DNA from: the human T2T-CHM13v2.0 reference genome, Homo sapiens
Length of the DNA: 64,000 nucleotides
Strand: one strand, 5' to 3'
NCBI RefSeq assembly: GCF_009914755.1
Contig: NC_060945.1
Made by a program: the position numbers and the translations under genes. Below the pieces are notes generated by a model, which saw only the letters and a program-made list of their open reading frames with translations, did no database searches and was not told where the DNA came from. Positions 46,499-60,424 of this stretch are shown here, one piece after another. Every line of letters starts with the position of its first letter. Positions within the stretch are counted from its first letter, which is position 1.

Positions 46499-46887
46499 TG
46501 TTAAGGGCTGAATTGTGTACCCCAAAGCTCATATGTTGAAATGCTAAGCTCTGGTACCTCGGAATGCAGTTGTATTAGGAGATAGTGTTTTTAAAGAGGT
46601 AATTAAGTCAAAAGGAGATCATGAGGATGGGCCCTAATCCAACGTGACTGTGGTCCTTATAAGAAAAGGAAAGTAGGACACATAGAGAAACAGAGGTTAG
46701 AGCATGTAAAGACAAAGGGAAAATACAGCCATTTGCAAGCTAACAAGAGAGACCTCAAAATAAATTAATCCCACTGATATCTTGGTCCTGCACTTCTAGC
46801 CTCCAGAATTGTGAGGAAATAAATTTATGTTATTTAAGTTCTCCAATCTCTGGAATTTTGTTATGGCAGCCCCAGCAAACTGACATA
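46499..46887 (+). mobile_element. MLT1B solo LTR inserted in a minus-strand MIR (~46410-46910)
   Basis: TGTTAAGGGCTGAATTGTG...GGGCCCTAATCCAA...TTGTTATGGCAGCCCCAGCAAACTGACATA. Perfect 5-bp TSD CTCAG. Confidence 0.9.
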
Positions 46888-47530
46888 CTCAGATTGGACT
46901 GACTCCAAATAAATGGCTTATAAGCAAAATTTATGGAATTTATAAGGACTTTATAAAGAAAAAGAGATATTCTATGGATTATTAATTATTTCTCCACACA
47001 TAAAAGATATTCTATATGTCAAAAATAAAACATCATTGGGTTCCAATTCTTATATCTAAGGTATAACTTTTAAGAAAAAAAATGAGTAAAATGATACCAG
47101 AAATAAAGACATTATTAACAGGATTATCTGATGATAAGATAACAGGTATTTCTTTTTATATTTAACATATTTATTCTATATGATCTAGTATGTTTTGTCA
47201 ATTAACATTTCTTTTTAAAATACTTATTAAATACTATTTTAGGTATTTCTATTAATAATTATTGAAATCTATTACAAGAAATGAATTTGCTGGATGCTGT
47301 GAGGACAAAACAGGGGAAGAACACACAGATTTCTAAAGTATAATCCTTGTAAATGCATCCACTATGACTTGCTTCTCTAAATCATGGTTTAAAACAGTTG
47401 GTTGTTTCTTTGTTATTGATTCTTTTTTTTTATTTTTATTTTTTTACTACTGATGGTAAATCATCCACTTCTATCACAGTCAATCTTTCCTATTAGGAAA
47501 ATTCCAGAACATTCCTCTTGAAGTATATTT

Positions 47531-47694
<164 letters not shown>

Positions 47695-49009
47695 CCAATT
47701 TCTTAAGATAAGGGGTGGGGATATTATTCAAGTCCTACTGCAACGCCCAGGTAAACAGGGGAATCTAATCATTTCCCTGTTGCTATTGCCTGTTGTTCTG
47801 GAGAGTTCAAGGACTGGTTGTTACTGCTACAGTGATATTCTTGCCATGCAAACTTCTGAGGCTGAGTTACCTCTTGGTTTCCCATGTTTGAACCCCAATA
47901 ATAACATGCTTATAGTTGACATGCCCAGTTATTTTGGCTCTTCCTTAGGGTCAGGAAAAGCTCCACAGGGCAATCATAAGTCATATCCAAAACAGCCGCT
48001 GTCCCTGAGATTTGGGTGCTTATTTTGAGCCAGAGTAAAGCCGAAACTCTTCCATCTCTTCTGGTGAATACTCCTTTTGGGGCATTTGACCCTATGTTCA
48101 CTGACACTCTGCCTTTCTAGAGAGGTGTTCTGAAAACCCAGAGATATGTTCCAGTGATATGTCTTTGCAATGCCAGAATACGTTTAGCATAACCTCCCAC
48201 CTTTTCCCAAAAGCATTGACATGCCTCCTCTTCAAACATACACATAAACAAAGGAGGACCATTCCAGTCTTTCTTTACGAATCACACAATAAGCACTAAA
48301 TTGCTGCTTGATTTCTACATCAGAGAGACTAGATTTTGTAAGTAATACTTTTGAATGAAAAACTCAATCTCATTTTAGATCTTTTATTCAAAGAAGATAA
48401 ATAACGGGCCTAAAGTTAACGATTGGGGTTGAATATACATTTAAGACAGCATCCCACGCTCCAGCATGTTTCTCCCACCTCCCAATCTCCCTTTTTTTAT
48501 TTTGTGTATAATCTCATGTGCTGTTTTCATTTCATTGTAATTTTCTTCATAATTAAGAATCTATGACTTATTTCCTTTCCCTATCATTTCCTTTCTCGTA
48601 ACATAGCAAAACAATGTGGCAAAATCAGTGATTTGTTACTTAAGTAATGTAATCAGTGCTCATTTAAAAAAACAAAAAAAGAATATTTTAATCATATTTT
48701 TTCTTTATGAGTCTCTACTTGTTTGCACATATTTGTAGTAGGGAAAAAAGTTGATATAGTAAACATTATTTTCCTTCCTTTTCTTTTTCTTTATTCTAGC
48801 AGTTGCTCATTGAATCAACTGGTATACCGAAATTCTGTCTTTTGAGCAAAGGCATAGGTCCCAGACAGTGGAGTGGGAAGAAATATGTAGAGACAGTGTC
48901 TGGGGGAAAAGGGAAGAAAAGAAGAATATTTGTGCACTCTAACAGCAGAGACAACTCATATGCTATTTCTTTGCATCTGAATGAAGTCAACAAAACTCAT
49001 GGAAAACAG

Positions 49010-49647
49010 ACACTGTTCTCTGAGTTCTACAAAAAAACAGAGCCTGAGGCAAAGAACCCGTATGTTAACAATTATTTGGCAAGGGGCATTGCCAGAGAAG
49101 TAAGAATGAAGAGGAAAACAAACAAGAGTGCAGTAAGGAAGGAGGAAGATAAAATACAAAGTGATGTGTTGCTAAGCTTGTGACGGCTTAGCGTCAAAAC
49201 ACAACTGTCACACTTGGAGGCATCTCCCAAGAGGCTGCTTGGAATTACTGCATTTCAGAACAGTTCACAGTAAGTGAAAGGGAGGGGAGGAAGATTGAGC
49301 AATTAATCTGCTGTCTCTTTCCTGTCTTCTGTCTCTGTATATGTATGGGGTATAGATAACTCTCTTGACCCCCCACAGTCACTAAGTTCTGGGTTGTGTT
49401 TTCTAGCCCTTTAAAGTAGCCATTGGTGAAATTAAAGACATCACAGGCCTATTCATGCCTGTGACCTCTCCTTAGCAGGAAGTGCACAGAGAGAAGGGGA
49501 ATGTTCTTACGCAGCGGCGAAGGCAGCAGCCACCACACTCTGAGCTTTAGAACTGTGGGTACACAGTGAGCCATTGATAGAACTGACCCAGCAAGGAAGA
49601 AAGACAAATAATGGAAGAACAGAACTATGGCAATTTTGGAAGGTACC
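49010..49647 (-). mobile_element. ERVL LTR16-like element
   Basis: CAGAGCCTGAGGCAAAG...TTATTTGG...AGGAAGGAGGAAGA..AATACAAAG, resembling antisense LTR16. Confidence 0.6.
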
Positions 49648-50058
49648 TGATAACAGTTCGGATATTTTTTCCCACTCAAAGCTCATGTTGAATTGTAATT
49701 CCCAGTGCTAGAGGTGGGGGTCTGGTGGAAGGTGTTTGGGTCACGGGGGCAGATCACTCATGGCTTGGTGCTGTCTTTACAATAGTGATTTCTCTCAATA
49801 TCTGATCATTTAAAAGTGTGGAACACCTTCCCCACAATTCTCTTCCTTGCTCTTGCCCTGACCATGTAACGTGCCTTTTGTTCCCACTTCACTTTCCACC
49901 ATGATTGAAAGCTCCCTGAGGCTTCACCAAAAGCTGCAGATGCCAACACCATGCTTCCTCTGAAGCCTGCAGAACTGTGAGCCAATTAAACCTCTTTTCT
50001 TTATTAGTTACTCAGTCTCAGGTATTTCTTTACAGCAATGCAAGAATGGCCTAATACA
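49648..50058 (+). mobile_element. MSTA solo LTR
   Basis: CTCATGTTGAATTGTAAT...CTCATGGCTTGGTGCTG...GCAATGCAAGAATGGCCTAATACA. TSD GTACC/GTATC. Confidence 0.9.
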
Positions 50059-51609
50059 GTATCCAGTAAAAGGTAAACTTTTCTATTCACCTGACAGTAT
50101 AAGTCTGAGTGAGAAATTATTACCTTTTTTACACTTTAAAAATTTCCTACCTACTATAGAAAAAGGTCTTATCTAGCAATGTGCAAAACAATTATAATCA
50201 AGGGCTGTTTATAAAGGTGATAATACACATCCATACATGTTTATGCTCATAAGTTTGTTACATCATTGATATTGAGACGTGAAATGGACTCTCAGGAGTC
50301 ACAGCTCAGAAACGTCAGAGAACACCGATAAGACAGAATTTCAAAGTATTATAGTCAAAACTAAACTTAACTAAAACTGTAAGTCAGTGAAAACTAAACA
50401 AAACAACCAACCTGAAGGAATAGCAGGGGAAATAAAGAGATCAATGAAAGGTTTCTTTGATGAGATTTATTTCTCTGACTTCACGGAATACTGAGGAAAG
50501 AAACTTTGTGTACAATTATCTTTAAGGACCTTGTATGAAATTCTAAATTTCTTTTAATTGCAAACAAACAAGCAATAGCAATAAAAATAATCTCTTTTTA
50601 TAGTTATAAAATGAATAGCCTGATTGATAAAAGACACTCTTGTCTCTCTACCCTTTTCAATATCTAAAATTAGAGGAAGAGTGGCAGAGATGACGTTATG
50701 GGTTTGTCTCTCAAATGAGAAAATAATCAGAGGCCACATCAACCTAGGACTCTCAGAGACTTTTCATGGTATGGCAGTTTTCAGCCACACATTAACCCAA
50801 CTCCTCTGCCATTTCTATCCTCCCAGTCGGTCTCTGCTCTGTGTGAGACCCCCAGGTATGTGGCATGACCCTTGAAGGGTCCACAAAAAGAAATGAGGTC
50901 TAGATTAATGTCCTTTGTGGAACACAAGGTGTAGAGGTAAAATTTAAGTGGAAAGAGAAAGTAAAATTATATTTTGTGTACAATTGAGTTTGTTGACTAA
51001 TATTCTCCCTCTCACTTTAAATATATACAAACTCAGAATATTGATAACTCATCACAAATATATAAACAGAATTATATCTTTAAAGTTTGCTTCATTTAGT
51101 AAACATTATCAAAATCACTAATGATGTAAAAAGTACATTTAAGTAATATATTAAAGTGTATAGATGTGCCATGTTGTACTCATTTGTACTTTTGTTAGTA
51201 GATATCTTGGTATATATAAACTGTGATCAAAGCTATGATTACTCCCTGAAGAAGCATTTTCAGAAGAACCAATTACTTAGAAAATTTTTAAAGACTCTTG
51301 GGGTATTGCAAAATTGCCCTCCAGAAAATTCATTCCAATTTACAATCACTCTATCAATTTATTAGAGGGTTTTTTGCAATCATTCACTGTTTATTGCAAC
51401 CTCTCACTGGCAGTATCAAATGTGTAGTAAGAAAAACAAGAAATAGTATTGTTATTAATTCCTATTAATTCAGTGAACATGTCTTAACATACATGTTGGT
51501 TATCTGCATTTCTTTGTTTTAAAATTCCTGCTTATAAATGTACTTTATGGCATAAAGTAGGGAATTGATTTGGCCTACCAATATCACAGTAAATTGTGTT
51601 CATTTAGAA

Positions 51610-51835
51610 CATTAGCTTTGTGGTCAGTCTATGCTTCCTAATGTAATGTTGATTAGCTTGGTGACATGGGTTACATTATATATCATTTTTAACCTTCAGT
51701 TTTCACATCTATAAAAATAGAAATAATAATAAATGTATATCTCCTAGTATTGTTTAATCTAAATGATGTAATACCCCCAAAGTAATTAGCATGTCACTAG
51801 TACACTGTTCATGTCGAATAAAGGTAAACTGCTAT
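51610..51835 (+). mobile_element. MIR SINE
   Basis: GTGACATGGG...TTCAGTTTTCACATCTATAAAAATAG core. Confidence 0.6.
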
Positions 51836-53639
51836 AATTACAGGAAAGATAGTTGACATATCTGCTAAAGCAAAACTTGAATTCAACACAAGTGTCTCAT
51901 TCTTTCTTTAAAAAAGCCAAAAATACTAAATCAATATTTAAAAAAATAGTATTGATGTGCCAAACTAAAATATGAACAATTTTATTTTAAAATAATCTTA
52001 CAAAATATAATTAAATTAATAAACTAATTCTTTGTCATAAGAAATAAGTGGTTTTCATGATGCAGACCTATTAGATTAAGGAAGAAACTTCAATAAGCAC
52101 ATTATGTTATATCATTGATTTTTTGTTATTATTTTCTCATGCTTGTGGCCTGTTAACTGAGAAAGTGAATAGGCCATTAAAATGTTCTAGGTTTTTAAAA
52201 TATATTTAATAAACATAGAAGGAGAAGTTGCACTTATTAGGCTGTACTTCATGTAATTCACACAGCCACAAAACAAATGGTGAGTATAAAACATGTTCTA
52301 CTGATTGCGGGCAAGACAGCCAAATAAGAAAAGCTCCAGTCTCCAGCTCCCAGCGAGACCAATGCAGAAGGCAGGTGATTTCCACATTTCCAACTAAGGT
52401 ACCCAGTTCATCTCATTAGGACTGGTTAGACAGTGGGTACAGCCCACGGAAGGCAAGCAGAAGCAGGGTGGGGCATCACCTCACCCAGGAGGTACAAGGG
52501 GTCGGGGAACTCCCTCGCCTAGCCAAGGGAAGCTGTGAGGGACTGTGCCATGAGGGATGATGCTATCTGGCCCAGATACTACATTTTTCCCACGGTCTTC
52601 ACAACCACAGAACAGGAGATTCCCTCGGGTGCCTACAACACCAAGGCCCTGGATTTCAAGCACAAAACTGGGCGGCCATTTGGGCAGACACCTAACTCGG
52701 TGTCTGCAAACTGCAGGAGTTTTTGTCATACCTCAGTGGTGCCTGGAACACCAGTGAGACAGAACCATTCACTCCTCTGGAAAGGGGGCTGAAGCCAGGG
52801 AGCCGAGTGGTCTTGCTCAGCAGATCCCACCCCCATGAGGCCCAAAAAGCTAAGATCCACTGGCGTGAAATTCTCGCTGCCAGCACATCAGTCTGAAGTC
52901 AAATTGGGATGCTTGAGCTTGGTGGGAGGAGCGGTGTCCACCAATACTGAGGCTTGCAAACGCAGTTTGCCCCTTACAATGTAAACAAAGCTGCTGGGTG
53001 GTTCAAACTGGGTGCAGAACCCACCGCAGTGCGGCAAAGCTGCTGTAACCAGACTGCCTCTCTAGATTCCTCCTCTCTGGGCAGGGCATCTCTGAAAAAA
53101 AGGCAGCAGCCCCAGTCAGGGGCTTATAGATAAAACTCCCATGTTTCTGGGACAGAACACCTGGGGGAAGGGCTGGCTGTGGGCACAGCTTCAGCAGACT
53201 TAAATGTTCCCGCCTGTCAGCTCTGAAGAGAGCAGCAGATCTTCCAGCACAGAGCATGAGCTCTCCTAAGGGACAGACTGTCTCCTCAAGTGGGTCCCTG
53301 ACTTCGTAACTCCTGACTGGTAGACATTTAGCAGCAGGGGTTGACAGACACCTCATACAGAAGAACTCTAGCTGGCATCTGGCAGTTGGCCCTCTGGGAT
53401 GAAGCTTCCACAGCAATCTTTGCTGTTGTGTAGCCTCGGCTGGTGATATCCAGGCAAATAAGGCCTGGAGTGGATGTCCAGCAAACTCCAGCAGACCTGC
53501 AGAAGTGGGGCCTGAGTGTTAGAAGGAAAACTAAAAAACAGAAAGCGATATCATCAACATCAACAAAATGGACGCCCACACAAAAACCCCATCTGAAGGT
53601 CACCAATATCGAAGACCAAAGGTAGATAAATCCACAAAC

Positions 53640-54668
53640 ATGAGGAAAAACCAGTGCATAAAGGCTGAAAATTCCAAAAACCAGAACACCTCTTGTTTTC
53701 CAAAGGATCACAACTTGTCACCACCAAGGGAAAAAAATTGGATGGAGAATGAATTTGACAAATTGACAGAGTAGGCTTCAGAAGGTGGTAATAACAAACT
53801 CCTCTGAGCTAAAGGAGCATGTTCTAACCCAATGCAAGAAAGCTAAGAACCTTGATAAAAGGTTACAGAAACTGCAAACTAGAATAATCAGTTTAGAGAA
53901 GAATATATATGACCTGATGGAGCTGAAAAACACAGCACAGCAAGAGAACTTCGTGAAGCATACACAATTATCAATAGCTGAATTGATCAAGTGGAAGAAA
54001 GGATATCAGAGACTGAAGATCAACTTAATGAAATAAAGCATGAAGACAAGAGTAGAGAAGAAAGAATGAAAAGGAACAAACAAAGCCTCCAAGAAATATG
54101 GGACTATGTGAAAAGGCCAAACCTACGTTTGATTGCTGTACCCGAGAGTGACGGGGAGAATGGAACCAAGTTGGAAAACACACTTCAGGATATTATCCAG
54201 GAGAAATTCCTCAGCCTAGCAGGACGGGCCAACATTCAAATTCAGGAAATACAGAGAACACCACAAAGATAATCCTTGAGAAGTGCAACCCCAAGACACA
54301 TAATCATTAGATTCACCAAAGTTGAAATGAAAGAAAAAATGTTAAGGACAGCAAGAGAGAAAGGTCAAGTTACCCACAAAGGGAAGCCCATCAGATTAAC
54401 AGCAGATCTCTCTGTAGAAACTCTACAAGCCAGAAGAGAGTAGGGGCCAATATTCAACCTTCTTAAAGAAAAGAATTTTCAACCCAGAATTTCATACCCA
54501 GCCAAACTAAGCTTCCTAAGTGAAGGAGAAATAGAATCCTTCACAGACAAGCAAATGCTGAGAGATTTTGTCACCACCAGGCCTGCCTTACAAGAGTTCC
54601 TGAAGGAAGCACTAAATATGGAAAGGAAAAACTGGTACTAGGCACTGCGAAAACATACCAAAATGTAA
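53640..54668 (+). pseudogene. L1 ORF1p remnant (frameshifts and stops)
   Basis: MRKNQCIKAENSKNQ...WMENEFDKLTE and EERISETEDQLNEIK...LQEIWDYVKRPNLRL, split across frames. Confidence 0.92.
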
Positions 54669-54731
54669 AGACCATTGACACTATGAATAAACTGTACCAA
54701 CTAATGGGCAAAATAACCAGCTAGCATCATA

Positions 54732-57700
54732 ACAACAAAATCAAATTCACACATAACAATGATAACTTTAAATGTTAACAGGCTAAATGCCCCAATTAAA
54801 AGATACAAACTGGCAAATTGGATAAAGAGTCAAGATCCATTGGTGTGCTGTATTCAGGAGACCCAACTCACATGCAAAGACACACATAGGCTCAAAATAA
54901 AGAGATGAAAGAATATTTACCAAGCACATGGAAAGAAAAAAACAGAGGTTGCAATCCTAGTCTCTGATGAAACAGACCTTAAACCAACAAAGATCAAAGA
55001 AGACAAGGGCATTATAAAATGGTAAAGCAATCCATGAAACAAGAAGAGCTAACTATCTTAAATATATATGCACCCAATATAGGAGCACCCAGATTCATAA
55101 AGCAAGTTCTTAGAGACCTACAAAGACACTTAGACTCCCACACAATGATAGTGGAAGACTTTAACACCACACTGTCCATGTTAGACAGATGAACAAGACA
55201 GAAAATTAACAATGATATTCAGGACTCTTGAACTGAGCTCTGGACCAAGCAGACCTAATAGACATCTAAAGAACTCTCCACCCAAATCAACAGAATATAC
55301 ATTCTTCTCAGCACCACACCACATAGCACTTATTCTAAAATCAACCACATAATTGGAAGCAAAACACTCCTCAGCAAATGCAAAAGAATGGAAATCATAA
55401 CAGACAGTCTCTCAGACCACAGTGCAATCAAATTAGAACTCAGGATTAAGAAACTCACTTAAAACCACACAACCACATGGAAACTGAACAACCTGTTCCT
55501 GAATCATTACTGGGTAAATAACAAAATTAAGGCATAAGTAAATAAGTGCTTTGAAACCAGTGAGAACAAAGATACAACACACCAGAATCTCTGGGACACA
55601 GATAAAGCAGTGTTTAGAGGGAAATTTCTAGTACTAAATGCCCACATGAGAAAGCAGGAAAGATCTAAAATCGACACCTTAACATCACAATTAAAAGAAC
55701 TAGAGAAGCAAGAGTAAAGAAATTCAAAAACTAGCAGAAGACAGTAAATAACTAAAATCAGAGCAGAATTAAAGGAGATAGAGACAGGAAAAACCCTTCA
55801 AAAAATCAATGAATCCAGGAGCTGGTTTTATAAAAAGATTAACAATATAGATAGACTGCTAGCCAGACTAATGAAGAAGAAAAGAAAGAAGAATCAAATG
55901 GACACAATAAAAAATGATAAATAGGATATCACCACTGATTCCACTGAAATACACACTACCATCAGATAATATTATAAACACCTCTACACAAATAAATTAG
56001 AAAATCTAGAAGAAATGGATAAATTCCTGGACACATACACCCTCCCAAGACTAAACCAGCAAGAAGTCGAATTCCTGAATGGACCAATAACAAGTTCTGA
56101 ATTTGAGGCAGTAATTAATAGCCTACCAACCAAAAAAAGCCCAGGACCAGACAGATTCACAGCTGAATTCAATCAGAGTTACAAAGAAGAGCTGATACCA
56201 TTTCTTCTGAAACTGTTCCAAACCGTAGAAGAAGAGGGATTTCTCCCTAATGCATTTTATGAGTCCAGCATCATCCTGATACGGAAAACTGGCTGAGACA
56301 CAACAAAAAAAGAAAATTTCAGGCCAATATCCCTGATGACCTTCGATGCAAAAATCCTCATTAAAATACTGGTAAACCAAATCCAGCAGCACATTAAAAA
56401 GCTTATCCACAACTATCAAGTCGGCTTCATTCCTGGGATGCAAGCCTGGTTCAACATACACAAATCAATAAACATAATCCATCACATAAACAGAACCGAT
56501 GACAAAAACCACAAGATTATCTCAATAGATACAGAAAAGTCTTTGATAAAATTCAACACCCATTCATGCTAAAAGCACTCAATAAACTAGGTATTGATGG
56601 AATGTATCTCAAAATAATATGAACCATTTATGACAAACTCACAGCCAATATCATACTGAATGAGCAAAAACCGGAAGCATTCCCTTTGAAAACCAGCACA
56701 AGACAAGGATGCTGTCTCTCACCACTCCTATTCAACATACTATTGGAAGTTTTGGCCAGGGCAATCAGGCAAGAGAAAGAAATAAAGAGTATTTAATGAA
56801 GCAGAGAGGATGTCAAATTGTTTCTGTTTGCAGATGACATGATTATACATTTAGAAAACCCCATTGTCTCAGCCCAAAATCTCAAGCTGATAAGCAACTT
56901 CAGCAAAGTCCCAGGATACAAAAGAAATGTGCAAAAATCACAAACATCCCTATACACCAATAATAGAAAAACAGAGAGCCAAATCACGAGTGAAATCCCA
57001 TTTACAATTTCTACAGAGAATAAAATACCTAAATATACAACTCACAAGGGATGTGAAGGACCTCTTCAAGAAGAACTACAAACCACTGCTCAAGGATTTA
57101 AGAGAGGAGACAAACAAATGGAAAAACATTCCATGTTCATGGTTTGGAAGAATCAATATTGTGAAAATGGCCATACTGCCCAAAGTAATTTATAGATTTA
57201 ATGCTCTTCTCATCAAGCTACCATTGACTTTCTTCACAGAATTAGAAAAAACTACTTTAAGATTCATATGGAACCAAAAAAGAGCCCATATAACCAAGAC
57301 AATCCTAAGCAAAAAGAACAAAGTTGGAGGCATCATGCCACCTGACTTCAAACTATACCACAAGGCTATGATAACCAAAACAGCATGTTACTGGTACCAA
57401 TTACAGATATATAGACCAATGGAACAGAACAGAGGCCTCAGAAATAACACCACACATCTACAACCATCTGATTTTTGACAAAACTGACATAAACAAGCAA
57501 TGAGGAAAGGATTCCTTATTTAATAAATGGTTGGGAAAACTGGCTAGCCATATGGAGAATACTGAAACTGGACCTCTTCCTTACACCTTATACAAAAATT
57601 AACTCAAGATGGATTAACAACTTAAATGTAAGACCTAAAACCATAAAAACCCTAGAAGAAAACCTAGGCAATACCATTCAGTATATAGGCATGGGCAAGG

Positions 57701-58545
57701 CTTCATGACTAAAACATCAAAAGCATTTGCAACAAAAGCCAAAATTGACAAATGGGATCTAATTAAACGAAAGAGCTTCTGCACAGCAAAAGAAATTATC
57801 AGACTGAACAGGCACCCTACAGAATGGGGGAAAATGTTTGCAATCTATGCACTTGAGAAAGCGATAATATCCAGAATCTACAAGGAACTTAAACAAATTT
57901 ACAAGAAAAAAAGAAACAACCCCATCAAAAAGTGGGCAAAGAATATGAACAGGCACTTCTCAAAAGAAGACATTTATGAGACCAACAAACATATGAAAAA
58001 AAGCTCGTCATCACTGGTCATTAGATAAATGCAAATCAAAACCACAATGAAATACCATCTCACGCCAGTTAGAATGGCTGTCATTAAAAAGTCAGGAAAC
58101 AGCAGATGCTGGAGGGCATGTGGAGAAATATGGATGCTTTTACACTATTGGCGGCAGTGTAAATTAGTTCAACCATTGTGGAAGACAGTGTGGTGATTCC
58201 TCAATAATCTAAAACCAGAAATACCATTTGACCCAGCAATCCCATTACTGGGTATATACCCACGTAGAATAAGTCATTCTACTGTAAAGACACATGCACA
58301 CATATGTTTACTGCAGCACTGTTCACAATAGCAAAGACTTGGAACCAACTGAAATGCCCATCAATGATAGACCGGATAAAGAAAATGTGGCACATATACA
58401 CCATGGAATACTATGCAGCCCTAAAAAAGAATGAGATAATGTCCTTTGCAGGGACATGGATGAAGCTGGAAGCCATCATTCTCAGCACACTAACACAGGA
58501 ACAGAAAACCAAACACCCATGTTCTCATTCATAAGTGGGAGTTGA
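54732..58545 (+). pseudogene. L1 ORF2p remnant (endonuclease/reverse transcriptase); start codon lost and multiple stops
   Basis: The ATG position reads ACA. Fragments include [17 protein letters not shown] motif LFADDM near 56818, KWKNIPCSW and [11 protein letters not shown]. Confidence 0.93.
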
Positions 58546-58768
58546 AAAATGAGAAGACTTGGACACAGGGAGGGTAACATCACACACCAGGGCCTGTCAG
58601 GGGGTGGGGGGCAAGGGGAGGGACAGCATTAGGAGAAATACCTAATGCAGATGATGGGTTGATGAGTACAGCAAACCACCACGGCACATGTATACCTATG
58701 TAACAAACCTGCACATTCTGCACATGTATCCCAGAACTTAAAGTATAATAAAAAATAAATGTTCTACT

Positions 58769-59590
58769 TTAACTCACATATTGTGTAGATCTTACTTAAG
58801 ATGGTTGGAGGCAGGGTCTCCTGGTGTTGCTTTGGTGATTCAACAATGTCATCAAGGACTCAGGCCTTTCATTCTGCCTTCTGTTACCCTTGGATATTTG
58901 TCCTTCATGATGGTAGTAGGATGACTGCATTTTCAAATCTTTTGTCCTCATGAAATATTAGTGAATGCAGGAAAGAAATGGAAAATATTAAAGAGCTTTC
59001 TTTCTTTCCCTTTAAGTCTCTCTTTTACCACTAAGGATACTGTTTTCCATAATTCCTCCTATTACCCTTTTTTTTTTTTTTTTTTTTGAGACGGAGTCTC
59101 GCTCTGTCGCCCAGGCCGGACTGCGGACTGCAGTGGCGCAATCTCAGCTCACTGAAAGCTCCGCTTCCCGGGTTCACGCCATTCTCCTGCCTCAGCCTCC
59201 CGAGTAGCTGGGACTACAGGCGCCCGCCACCGCGCCCGGCTAATTTTTTGTATTTTTAGTAGAGACAGGGTTTCACCTTGTTAGCCAGGATGGTCTCGAT
59301 CTCCTGACCTCATGATCCACCCGCCTCGGCCTCCCAAAGTGCTGGGATTACAGGCGTGAGCCACCGCGCCCGGCCTACCCTATTACCCTTTCTCTCACAT
59401 TCCCTTGCCAGTACTGGATCACATATCAACCTTTAGTCTAATAAAGGAGAATGAATTTACCATAAGGGACTTAAACTAATCATAACCCATACCCTGGGGC
59501 TATTCACATTGCTGTTTAAACAAAGCTTAGCCCCATAAGAAATGTGGGCAAGACTCTTAGGAAAGCAACCAAATACCTTCAACCAAAATA
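58769..59590 (-). mobile_element. Old MaLR LTR (MLT1J/K/L-like); left piece at about 52225-52302, split by the L1 and by AluYb8
   Basis: TCAACAATGTCATCAAGGACTCAGG, CCAGTACTGGATCACAT and AATTTACCATAAGGGACTTAAACTAATCA motifs. Confidence 0.6.
59068..59375 (-). mobile_element. AluYb8, full length
   Basis: GGCCGGACTGCGGACTGCAG (reverse complement of the 7-bp Yb duplication), CCGCTTCCCGGG, CACCTTGTTAG and CCTCATGATCC. CCCGAGTAG marks it as Yb8, not Yb9. TSD CCTATTACCCTTT at 59058-59070 and 59379-59391. Confidence 0.94.
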
Positions 59591-59619
59591 ACTGTCAATA
59601 TTAAACATATGCCCTAATC

Positions 59620-59795
59620 ATACTTCTTTATTCATTTAATTTCCATACAACCCTGTGAAAGAAACCTCAGCTTTATCTCTGGCATTCGTGTAAGTTAATC
59701 AACATGTTCAAAGTCACACAGCTAGAGATTGGTGGAGCTTGAGTTTCAATTCAGTCTGAATATTGAGCTGAAGTTCTAAATTAGGACTCTATTAC
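59620..59795 (-). mobile_element. MIR SINE
   Basis: ACAACCCTGTGA...TTCAAAGTCACACAGCTAG...CAGTCTGA. Confidence 0.6.
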
Positions 59796-60424
59796 TTTCC
59801 AACAGTTCGACTTTGAATTCAGACACTTCTAAAGTAACAAGAAAATAGCTCTACAATGAAGCAAAAGTATCTCAATGATAGTTTTTGGAAAATACCTCTT
59901 AAAAAAAATTTTTGCACTGAAAATTTAGCTCTCAAGAAATGTGAAGGGGGCACAGTTGATGTAATTCAGGGAAGACAGCATGAAACACAAAAAAATTAAC
60001 GTATTATTAATTTGCCCCAACCTGGACTACAAATCCGTTTTTCAAAATAAATTATGGTTTAATATCAAATGATGAATTCTTACTAAAGACAATATACATT
60101 TTCAGTTATAAATTATGGCAAAAGTTATAAAGATTTCAAAATTACAGGAAAAAAATCACTACTGCTGGCTATTAATTTCTGCCATCCTCCCCTCCTCTGT
60201 TACAATGTAGAATGTCTTTTGTAGCAATATCATTACCAGATCAAGGAGTACAACAGAAGCCTCAGGTACTGAGGTTTTCTGCTTTTGAACTAGAACATGC
60301 ATATTTCTTTTTCTCACAATGGAGCAGCTGATCCAGGGCATATGAGCAGACTTTGCCTGGATTTTCTTTTTAGTACTCTCTGTGGGTACTTGCTTTGAAA
60401 CTTACCTGGAGTCACGAAAGGAGT

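Larger units (their letters stand above)
52303..58758 (+). mobile_element. Full-length (~6.45 kb) LINE-1, L1PA7-like, inactive
   Basis: 5'UTR (GGCAAGACAGCCAAATAAG..CTCCCAGCGAGACCAATGCAGAAGG), ORF1, ORF2 and 3'UTR (GATGATGGGTTGATG...CCCAGAACTTAAAGTATAATAAA). TSD core ATGTTCTACT at 52293-52302 and 58759-58768. Confidence 0.96.

Noticed and set aside
52481-53711. Antisense ORFs in the L1 5'UTR as ORF0
   Set aside because: The peptides do not match the ORF0 sequence I know from young L1s. GC-richer UTRs yield chance ORFs.
53640-58545. Retrotransposition-competent L1
   Set aside because: ORF1 is frameshifted, the ORF2 start codon is mutated, and there are many stops.
58600-58623. G-quadruplex-like GGGGGTGGGGGGCAAGGGGAGGG
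   Set aside because: Ordinary conserved G-tract of the L1 3'UTR.
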